Origin: Cyanophora paradoxa CCMP329
Lineage: Eukaryota; Plantae; Glaucophyta
Assembly: GCA_004431415.1 (NCBI GenBank)
Contig: QPMI01000096.1
Location: forward strand, 1-64,000
Direction: 5' to 3'
DNA length: 64,000 nt
Part shown: piece by piece, positions 1-10,082 of the stretch
Layout: every line of letters starts with the position of its first letter
How positions within the stretch are numbered: position 1 is the stretch's first letter
Made by a program: the position numbers and the translations under genes
The notes under the pieces: generated by a model
What the model was told of the DNA's origin: nothing
Database searches by the model: none
Seen by the model: the letters and a program-made list of their open reading frames with translations, nothing else

Positions 1-514
1 AACTCCTCGGGTACCCCCACTTAGCCTCTCCCCCCTTTTTTCCTGGCGCCGAGCCGGCTCGCAGCGTACGCGCTCATGCGCGTGGCGCGGGACGGCGGCG
101 CCGCGCCCGTCGACGAGCGGTGCCCTGCGCCCCTCCGAATCTCCTCTAAGACTGAAGCGCGGCAGGTCCTCCGGCGCCTCTTCTCGCACACGCTGGACCC
201 GCCTCGCCGGCGCCGCCCCGCCCTCTGCCGCGGCCCTCGCCGCGCGCCCTCCTGCGGCAGCGGTCCTCATGTACCCCGGCGCCGTCCGCCCCCTCCTCGA
301 GAACTACAACGTCAAGCCCGACTCCGGGGTGCGGGGAGGGGCGGGACTCCGACAAGGCGAGCGTCTTTCCTCTGAGCTTCTTTACTTTCCGAGTCCTGAG
401 CGGCTCTCTCCTTTGCTTCTTCGTTCACAGGGCGCCAGGGGCTGGGCCGCCCTACACAGGCGGCCCCTCTTCGACGACGACGAGCCGGCCGCCAGCGTCG
501 AGCTCCCGCCCTGA
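1..514 (+). pseudogene. TCF25: Second copy (3' part) of the TCF25/Rqc1 fragment in the preceding repeat unit
   Basis: Near-identical to 4073-4586; encodes MYPGAVRPLLENYNVKPDSG. Confidence 0.8.
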
Positions 515-2030
515 CTGCCGGGATCGGACCCTGGACGAGCTCAATGCTTTGAAGCAATTGCAATTCTTGAGCTCGGTGGCGTTTCTTACAGCAACTTATC
601 TTGCGATTCTGCTCTCAATATGCTGTTAGGTGGCGCTCGAGTCGAGACGCTTGCAAAAGTAACAACGGGCTGCGCACGACCGCCGGGTCTACATTCAAAG
701 CGAAGTGTTGGTCGACGGGTCCTGGAGGTCCTGTTCTCCCCGCGCGCGCTGGGGTCGGGTGGTGTGCAGTGGCCACCACCTGCGCGATCCGACAGCATGC
801 GCACCATTTGTGGTCACGTCCACAGAGTGGTTCCGCGCGCCCCGCGCGGGCGTCCTGACATCTTCGCGAACGAAGAGCAGGCAAAAGGGCTACTGCAGCG
901 GTGCAAGGCTTTTGTAGGACTGCAGATAGCCTGATTCCGCATGCAGCTATAGTCTAGGGTTCTACGACATCGTTGGTTTTGTATGAGATCAATTTCACGA
1001 GGCCGAACTCTGTACCCTTCGATCGCAAGTTAGCCACCGGTGGCTAACTTAGGGGGGAATGAACAGGGGGAGAAGCGCAGGGGGAAGAATAGGAAAAAAA
1101 AGGAACTTCCGCGCGCCCGGCCATGCATGCAGCGCGCGAATTCCGTCCGCTGCGCATGCGCACTGCCGCGCGCACGCCGTGCTCAGCCCCGCGGCGCCAC
1201 GCCCGCCCGCAGGCGTCTTCGCCGCGCCCGCGCACGCGAGGAGTACACATCGCTTGCTTCATCGGCTCACCCGCGGCGCCGGCGGCGCGCTAGCTACACG
1301 CTTTCGCTTGTCCGAGGTACTCATCTTCGAATTCTGCAGCCGTCGCCCCATCCTCGGCAGCTGTAAGGCGGCGCGCAGGGACTCGAGCTCTCAACTATGG
1401 CGTCGCCCGCGGGCCCAGCGCAAGCAGCTCTGAGCCAGTAGGTCCGTCCCGGAACCGCCCCTCGGACCTGCCTGGGCGCGCTGTCTTCCGATCCTGCTAA
1501 AAAACGTGTTTTCGGGGCGACATTTTGGCACTATGTTCACTATGCCCGCCGGCCATGGGCTCGGATCGGGCCGGGGCCTTTTTCAAGCGATCGCCGGCGC
1601 CGCGTCCGTCGTCCGACGGTTCGCGCTAGCGATCTCCCCGGAGTACTCGGTACCAGGGCCTAGCGATCGCCGAAGCGATGAGAAGGCTCTCTGACCGGCG
1701 ATCGCTTGCGCAGGAGCTGCTTCAAGTTCGTCGCACCAGCCAACGCCAACGCCTGCAGTGCGTGCCCGCCTCCCGTAGCGCTGTGGGCATGCTCGCATAG
1801 AGATTCTCTATTCAATGCGATCGCTACATCTCTGCCCGCGCATAGAGCCTTCTCATTGCTCGGCGATCGCTTTGTGTTCGGCGCCATACCCAGCGGATCC
1901 GATCTCTAACAAAGAGCTGCTGGGCGGCGATCGCTTCTGTGTTCTCAGTTCTAACGGTCGCCGCGGGCTTGACGTCCACAGCCTTCTCATTGGCCAGCGA
2001 TCGCTGGTTTTCGGTGTCTTATGCCCGTCT

Positions 2031-3345
2031 CCGCAGCATGCTGACCCCCGGAGAGAGGAGGCGGACCTCCCTACCCCCGGAGTGCCCTCTTCGGGGGGAA
2101 GAGAGGACGTGGACCTCCTTCCCCTCTCCAGCCCCTCTTCGGAGGCCCCGCCCCCGCCTTCCGCCTCCCCGGCCCCGCCCTCCCCCCGGCCCGCCCCTCT
2201 CCCCAGCCCGCCTCTCCCCCGGCCCCGCCCCTCCCCCCGGCCCCGCCCGGCCCCGGGCGCGCCCCTCCCCCGGCCCGCCCGGGCCCGGGCCGCCCTCCCC
2301 TGGCCCGCCCCTCCCCCCGGCCTGCCCGGGCCCGGGCCCGCCCTCCCCGAGCACCCGCAGCATGCTGACCCCGGAGAGAGGAGGCGGACCTCCTACCCCC
2401 CGGAGTGCCTCTTCGGGGGGAAGAGAGGACGTGGACCTCCTTCCCCTCTCCCAGCCCCTCTTCGGAGGGCCCCGCCCCGCCCTTCGCCTCCCCCCGGCCC
2501 CGCCCTCCCCCGGCCCCGCCCCTCTCCCCAGCCCGCCTCTCCCCCCCGGCCCCGCCCTCCCCCGGCCCCGCCCGGGCCCCGGGCGCGCCCCTCCCCCGGC
2601 CCCGCCCGGGCCCCGGGCCGCCCTCCCCTGGCCCCGCCCTCCCCCGGCCCTGCCCGGCCCCGGGCCCGCCCCTCCCCCGAGCACCCGCAGCATGCTGACC
2701 CCCGGAGAGAGGAGGCGGACCTCCCTACCCCCGGAGTGCCCTCTTCGGGGGGAAGAGAGGACGTGGACCTCCTTCCCCTCTCCCAGCCCCTCTTCGGAGG
2801 GCCCCGCCCCGCCCTTCCGCCTCCCCCCGGCCCCGCCCCTCCCCCCGGCCCCCCCTCTCCCCAGCCCCGCCTCTCCCCCCGGCCCCGCCCCTCCCCCGGC
2901 CCCGCCCCGGGCCCCGGGCGCGCCCCTCCCCCGGCCCGCCCCGGGCCCGGGCCCGCCCTCCCCTGGCCCCGCCCTCCCCCGGCCCTGCCCCGGGCCCGGG
3001 CCCGCCCTCCCCCGAGCACCCGCAGCATGCTGACCCCGGAGAGAGGAGGCGGACCTCCCTACCCCCCGGAGTGCCCTCTTCGGGGGGAAGAGAGGACGTG
3101 GACCTCCTTCCCCTCTCCCAGCCCCTCTTCGGAGGGCCCGCCCCGCCCTTCCGCTCCCCCGGCCCCGCCCTCCCCCGGCCCCGCCCTCTCCCCAGCCCGC
3201 CTCTCCCCCCCGGCCCGCCCGGCCCCGGGCGCGCCCCTCCCCCGGCCCCGCCCCGGCCCGGGCCCGCCCCTCCCCCTGGCCCCGCCCCTCCCCCGGCCCT
3301 GCCCCGGGCCCGGGCCCGCCCCTCCCCGAGCACACGAACCCCCGA
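2031..3345. repeat. Four ~330-bp sub-repeats (a ~110-bp conserved head plus a C-rich tail)
   Basis: CCGCAGCATGCTGACCCC..GGAGAGAGGAGGCGGACCTCC recurs near 2031, 2355, 2685 and 3020. Confidence 0.95.
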
Positions 3346-3392
3346 GCACACGAAGCCTGGCCGGGGGCCTGAAGCCGGCGGGCCGGCCTCAG

Positions 3393-4586
3393 ATCTACAA
3401 GTACAGCGGCGAGCTGGACGCGGCGACCGAGCTCCTCGACCGCGCCTCTACTGCTCGAGGCAGCCTGGTGCGGGGCGGGGCGCGGGCACGGGCGCGGCGG
3501 GGCGGAGGATGCGTTGCGCTGCAGTTCGTTCACTTGGTTTTGAGCTCCGTCCCGGCAGGCACCCGCAGTTCAAGCCGGCGAGCGGCGCCTGCCGCCTCGA
3601 CTTCGCAGTCATGGAGAACAAGTGCGCAGAGAACCCGTTGTACCCCCGAGGATAACCTGTACCCTCCTCCGGACTCACCCCGCACCCCCAGGGCCTGGTC
3701 TTCCGGCGCCTGCAGATGCTCATTCGCGGCGGCTGCTCCCGCACCTCCCTCGGTACCCCTCGACCGCTTCCCCCTACTCGGATTCGAACCGAACGTCGTA
3801 CCTCCAGAGACGGCCAAGCTGCTGCTTGCGCTGGACCCCGACAGTGACCTGATGGGGTGCTCCAGTGCATCGACTACTTCGCCCTCCGCGCCAGGTACCC
3901 CATAACCTTCCCCCCCCCCCCAACTTCCCCCCCCCACCTCATTTTTCTTCAGGGAGTACAAGTTCCTTCTGGAGCTGGTGGCGGCGCCGGCGCTCCCCGG
4001 GCGCTCCGCCTCGTTCGTGCGGGAGCCGCCCTCTCGAGGCGGGAGCCGCCCCTCTTCCTCCCCATCGCCCTCAACTCCTCGGTACCCCCACTTAGCCTCT
4101 CCCCCTTTTTTCCTGGCGCCGAGCCGGGCTCGCAGCGTACGCGCTCATGCGCGTGGCGCGGGACGGCGGCGCCGCGCCCGTCGACGAGCTGGTGCCCTGC
4201 GCCCTCCGAATCTCCTCTAAGACTGAAGCGCGGCAGGTCCTCCGGCGCCTCTTCTCGCACACGCTGGACCCCGCCTCGCCGGCGCCGCCCACGCCCTCTG
4301 CCGCGGCCCTCGCCGCCGCCCTCCTGCGGCAGGCGGTCCTCATGTACCCCGGCGCCGTCCGCCCCTCCTCGAGAACTACAACGTCAAGCCCGACTCCGGG
4401 GTGCGGGGGAGGGGCGGGACTCCGACAAGGCGAGCGTCTTTCCTCTGAGCTTCTTTACTTTCCGAGTCCTGAGCGGCTCTCTCCTTTGCTTCTTCGTTCA
4501 CAGGCGCCAGGGGCTGGGCCGCCCTACACAGGCGGCCCCTCTTCGACGACGACGAGCCGGCCGCCAGCGTCGAGCTCCCGCCCTGA
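3393..4586 (+). pseudogene. TCF25: Internal intron-containing fragment of TCF25/Rqc1 (ribosome quality control complex subunit)
   Basis: Spliced exons give IYKYSGELDAATELLDRA, HPQFKPASGACRLDFAVMENK, RGGCSRTSL-ETAKLLLALDPDSDLMG, LQCIDYFALRAR-EYKFLLEL and LLRQAVLMYPGAVRPLLE, matching recalled TCF25 motifs (SGACRLD, GCPRTALE..KL.LSL.P..D, ID..ALRAR, QAL.MFPGV..PLL). N- and C-termini are absent. Confidence 0.85.
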
Positions 4587-7500
4587 CTGCCGGGATCGGA
4601 CCCTGGACGAGCTCAATGCTTTGAAGCAATTGCAATTCTTGAGCTCGGTGCGTTTCTTACAGCAACTTATCTTGCGATTCTGCTCTCAATATGCTGTTAG
4701 GTGGCGCTCGAGTCGAGACGCTTGCAAAAGTAACAACGGGCTGCGCACGACCGCCGGGTCTACATTCAAAGCGAAGTGTTGGGTCGACCGGGTCCTGGAG
4801 GTCCTGTTCTCCCGCGCGCGCTGGGGTCGGGTGGTGTGCAGTGGCCACCACCTGCGCGATCCGACAGCATGCGCACCATTTGTGTCACGTCCACAGAGTG
4901 GTTCCGCGCGCCCCGCGCGGGGCGTCCTGACATCTTCGCGAACGAAGAGCAGGCAAAAGGGCTACTGCAGCGGTGCAAGGCTTTTGTAGGACTGCAGATA
5001 GCCTGATTCCGCATGCAGCTATAGTCTAGGGTTCTACGACATCGTTGGTTTTGTATGAGATCAATTTCACGAGGCCGAACTCTGTACCCTTCGATCGCAA
5101 GTTAGCCACCGGTGGCTAACTTAGGGGGGAATGAACAGGGGGAGAAGCGCAGGGGGAAGAATAGGAAAAAAAGGAACTTCCGCGCGCCCGGCCATGCATG
5201 CAGCGCGCGAATTCCGTCCGCTGCGCATGCGCACTGCCGCGCGCACGCCGTGCTCAGCCCCGCGGCGCCACGCCCGCCCCGCAGGCGTCTTCGCCGCGCC
5301 CGCGCACGCGAGGAGTACACATCGCTTGCTTCATCGGCTCACCCGCGGCGCCGGCGGCGCGCTAGCTACACGCTTTCGCTTGTCCGAGGTACTCATCTTC
5401 GAATTCTGCAGCCGTCGCCCATCCTCGGCAGCTGTAAGGCGGCGCGCAGGGACTCGAGCTCTCAACTATGGCGTCGCCCGGCGGGCCCAGCGCAAGCAGC
5501 TCTGAGCCAGTAGGTCCGTCCCGGAACCGCCCCTCGGACCTGCCTGGGCGCGCTGTCTTCCGATCCTGCTAAAAAACGTGTTTTCGGGGCGACATTTTGG
5601 CACTATGTTCACTATGCCCGCCGGCCATGGGCTCGGATCGGGCCGGGGCCTTTTTCAAGCGATCGCCGGCGCCGCGTCCGTCGTCCGACGGTTCGCGCTA
5701 GCGATCTCCCCGGAGTACTCGGTACCAGGGCCTAGCGATCGCCGAAGCGATGAGAAGGCTCGAGTTCTGCATTCATGGCGATCCTCACACGAGCCCTCAC
5801 TTAGGCTCACTACGAGTCACTAGTCTCACTACTGACTCACTAGTACTCACGAGTCACGAGCACTGCTTCTAATTCTTCTCATGAATCTGAGTCGGTCCCT
5901 ACTCACTGAGTCATGATCAGGACTCAGGAGTTTCCGACTCTCAGACTCCGAGGCTCAGGCTAGTGCTCGACGGCGAGTCGACGGCGACTCGACGCTGCTC
6001 GTGCAGCGGCACTGCAGCCTGCAGCTGTGAAACGGTGCAGGCTGCAGCCTACCGGTAGCGCCTGCAGGCTGCACTGCGGCGTGACTGCCGCTGCAGTGCC
6101 GCAGTGCGCGCGCGCGTCCTGAATGCAGTATGATCATGCCATGATGATCCAGCCTCATGCAGGTCCTCATGATCATGATCATGATCACATGATCACGGTC
6201 TCAGAGCTCGAGTCCCGAGCTCGCCGATCGCGAGTCACTGAGTCGAGCCGGGCGATCATATGCATCGGATTCGATGTCGATGGTCGACGTCATGCCTGCA
6301 GCTGATCATGATGATGAGGCACGACTCGACTTTCGCGCGAGTCGCCGCACGAGGCGGCGGGCTCGTGCGCTCGAGGGCGCGGGCCACGAGCGGCGAGGCC
6401 GGGAGGCCCATGCATATGGCCAGCTGCAGCTGATCAACGTGGCACATGAGGACCCGGTCCTGATCATGAGGCGATCGCGCGAGTGAGGCGAGCTGAGGCT
6501 TGAGGGCCCGGCGGCCTTAGCTATATAGGCCCTGCATGAGGCCCTGGCCTGAAGCTGGGGGCCTGATCATCGGATCCGGGATTAAGAATATCAATTCGAA
6601 GGCTGAGGCCCTGGGCCCATGGCCAGCTGCACTACTACTAGCTATATATATATATAGTAGCGTGAGGCCCTAGAGGCATGATCGTGACCTGCTGGCAGCT
6701 GCATGCGCAGCTGCAGCTGTAGGCTGCCGCAGAGGTGATCATGATAATGAATATTCCCAGCACTAGCCGTGAGGGCCCAGGCCCAGCCCCCCCCCCGCCC
6801 CCCCCTCCCCCCTCCCCGCCCCCCTGCCCCCTGCCCCCTTAATTATGCGCACGCAATCAAAATCAAAAACAAGCAACAAGCGCTAGCTGAAGGACGGCAA
6901 GGCTAGCACTGAACATGTACATGTCATGATCATGATCATGATGCGCGTGCAGCTGCCCGTCCCAAAGCTGTCTATTGCCATATAACTTAGCTAATCCGAA
7001 AAGTCATTATTAGACGGCATAATTATAACCATATATATAAGCATTACTATATAGCTAGTTATGCCGATCCCGGCGCAAATTTAAAACTAAAACTATGCCA
7101 GCCAGTACTAATACCGGTTCGGTGCGAGAGCGGCGATCGCGAGGAGGAGGCTGAGGAAGCCGGAGACGGCGATGTGGAGCCCAAGGCCTAGGGGCGCAAA
7201 CGCGACGGAGGAAGAGCCGCTACCCGTGGAGGCGGGCGTGGACGACAGCAGAGCGAACTGCGCGCCCAAGGCTCGATCAGAAGACGATCGCGGGCGCGGC
7301 ACACGATCGCGAGGCCGGGGCCACATATATATATATATATTCGCAGCGCACGGGCGTCAGGTGGTTGCAGCTGCCAGTGTACACGCCGGCGGTCCCCGCG
7401 GCCGAGGCTGACGCGGCGCCGCAGCTCGTGTCCCACAGCTTCGTGTCGGCGTTGTAGAAGGCCAGCGTCACCCGCTGCGTCGCCGCCACCGTCACGCCGC

Positions 7501-10082
7501 TCTTCTTGGGGAGTGAAAACTGCAGCGCAAGTACGGATTAATTATCGTTTTAGCGTTAACGTTGGCAGCTGCAGGGGCCGCCCAGCGGATCCCCGGAGGG
7601 AAGCGGACCGTGATGTTGGCCGCAAATGTCTTGAGGTCGACGACGTTTCCACTCGCATCAAGGCTCGTCGCGGAAATCTAGGGGAAATCGACGGAAATGC
7701 GTGAGCGACGCTCACAGTGACCGGTGCGCATGCAAGCAGGCTGGTGTCGCTGGCGAGCGCACGTCGTAGACGTCAGATGCGAGGGAGAAGCCTGTTTGCG
7801 GTGTCGGGAAGCCGGAGGCCGCGAGGGGCACGATGGCGGCCTGGTAGTCGCTGGAGTGGGCATTCTCGGGCATGGCGATCTGGCGCGATATCGATGGGGT
7901 GAGACGCGTTCGGGTGGCCATCACTGCCAGGCTTTATAATTAGCTTAGCGGGACGGTGGCGGCGCCCCGCACCGTCACGGAGTTGTATATGAGCTGGCGG
8001 GAGGACGCCGTGCCGGCGCAGACCTGTTTAACTTGAAGTCAGCGGCGGAGGCCATGCATGTACCGGGAGACTCGGCGGTTCGACGTCGGGTCAAGTCGAA
8101 CCTTGAAGCGGATTGGCTCAACGTCGCTGGATCGCGTCTGCGCGCCGCAGCTGCCGCTCTTGAGCGTTATCTGCGCACCGGCTGTCATGATCAACAAAAA
8201 CCCAAGACGGCGAGCTAGCGCTCGAGAAAAATGGCGTCCAGCAGCCGAACCTGGGTCGAGATTTTGCTCAGCGCCGCCGACGTCTGCGCGCGGACTGCGG
8301 CCGCCTCGGCCGAGGTGGCGGGCAGGGCGGACAGGAGTCCCGCGAGGGCCGCCTGCAGGTCCTGCGATTCGACACGCGCTCAACCACACGGGCCCGTATA
8401 CGTAGACAGCGCAATTGCTCATGATCAGAGCTTCTCACCGAAGAGGAGACGCCCGGAGTGGTCGCGAGGTTCTGCGCGCGCGCCCAAGCGCACGCTAATT
8501 ATAAGCGGATCAAAGCGCAATGCAAAGCATGTGGAGGCGCTGGCTGACCGGATTCTTGCTCAAGACGGTCATAAGCAGCTCGGCGCCGGACTTTGCGGCC
8601 GACGGCTGCGAGACGACGCCGACTGTTAGCACGCAAAGCGAATGCGTGGGATCACGAGCAGGACTCACGGAAACCGCTCCTGTTTTGGCCGCTATCGGCG
8701 CCACACTGGAGAAGAAGCCAACCACAGCGCCCGCCGTCTGAGAAAGATCGATGCGCCATCAAGTTTGAGGAGGATTGAGGGGTCTCAGAGACTAGTACCG
8801 ATCCAACGCCATCGCACCTCGGGGTCTGCCAGGTCGACCTCCGCCGCGCTCGCTTCCTCGACCACGGTCGACATGGCCGAGGTCATCGCGCCGGAGAGCT
8901 GCGCCACGCCGCGCGTCGGTCGTTCCGCCCGCGCGCGCGCGCCGAGTGCGCGCGCGCGGGTGCGGTTTGCGGGCAGCGCGGACCAGGTTGACGAGGGTCG
9001 AGTTCACCGCCGGCTGCTGCAGGAAGCGGCGGGCGGGGCTGACCGGTCGCGAGCTCGAGGCCGAGACCGCGATGCCGGCAGCGGCGCCATAAAGGCTCTC
9101 GAGCCCGCGGAGGCTCGCCTCCACGGATCTCATCCACTTTTTGAAAGTCGTCTTCCTCCTCTGCACTTGTTCGATCAGCAGGCGATCGCTTTTTATATCA
9201 CAAAACCAGCATTATCGCAGCTATATCGAACGAACCTCGGCTTTGTTCGTGATTCTCCTGATGAAATTAGCCACTGCCGACTGGGAGCCGCAGGTTGCAT
9301 GTCAATACTTTTTGACGTTGATATACAAACCGTTGACGTTGATCGAATTTTTCCGAACCTCGAAGTCGCTTCTGGGGTTCCCTGTGGAGTCCAGTTCCGG
9401 CGCGACCTTGACCGAGCCCGCGGCCGCTGTGGTGGACTTGCCGCCGTTGTTGTTGACGACGTCCACCAACAAGGTTGCCTGAATCGTTTTCGAGAACACC
9501 TGCAGAGCGCGACCTCGATCAGCCCGCGTTCGACATACAAACCACTGTACTGGATCCGGATCTAGAGGAAGATAGAAATGCGAGAGAAGCTGAGTAATTT
9601 GCCTGGGGAAAGAAGAATTCCAGCGGCATCGTGAGAGCGTTTCTCTGGATATACATCTTGAATACGGGTGGAGACGGGGGGTACGGAAAATTTGCGGTAG
9701 CGCGACGATTACGGCGGCGCAGCGGGCCAGGTTTCCCACCCGTGGGTTCCTGATAACGCTGCGTGTCAAGCTGCTCGGAAAGTCGCGCGCCAGCTCCACC
9801 CGACCCCCGTAGCCAGAACGCGCTAGATAGACCAGCCGGGCGTGCACGGACAGCCAACACGAGCACATCATCACCAAGCGCAACCGCCGAAGTCGATAGC
9901 CCGCCCCCGGAGCGCCAGGCAGCCCCGCCAACCTCGCCGCGTCATCTTTTTTGAATTCCACGGACCCCCGGACCCCACCTGCGCCCTGCGCGGAGCGCAA
10001 AGCAATCGCCCTGCCTCTCCCGATAGAAGATAAGAACTCTTAAGCAACTGAACTGCCGCCCAGTCCCCGCGCATTGCGCCCC

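Larger units (their letters stand above)
1039..5110. mobile_element. Putative non-autonomous TIR element (12-bp TIR GGTGGCTAACTT...AAGTTAGCCACC) carrying captured gene fragments
   Basis: The unit starts with GGTGGCTAACTT and ends with its exact reverse complement. It contains a start-exon-like segment (MASP...SASSSEPV then donor gtccgt; frame intact in the copy at 5468), a TCF25 fragment and terminal exons ending in LQRCKAFVGLQIA-stop. No transposase recognised. Confidence 0.55.
1..5760. repeat. Head-to-tail tandem array of a 4,072-bp unit (partial copy 1-1038, full copy 1039-5110, truncated copy 5111-5760)
   Basis: 1-1690 matches 4073-5760 except for small indels; the palindrome AAGTTAGCCACC|GGTGGCTAACTT recurs at 1027-1050 and 5099-5122. 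Confidence 0.95.

Noticed and set aside
2031-3345. CRISPR-like or retrozyme array
   Set aside because: The spacers are related low-complexity tails, there are no cas genes, and no CUGAnGA/GAAA hammerhead core is present on either strand.
1815-3905. Long Pro-rich ORFs (696 aa and overlapping frames)
   Set aside because: Open in many frames on both strands because the GC sub-repeats lack stops; the only real coding signal is the spliced TCF25 fragment.
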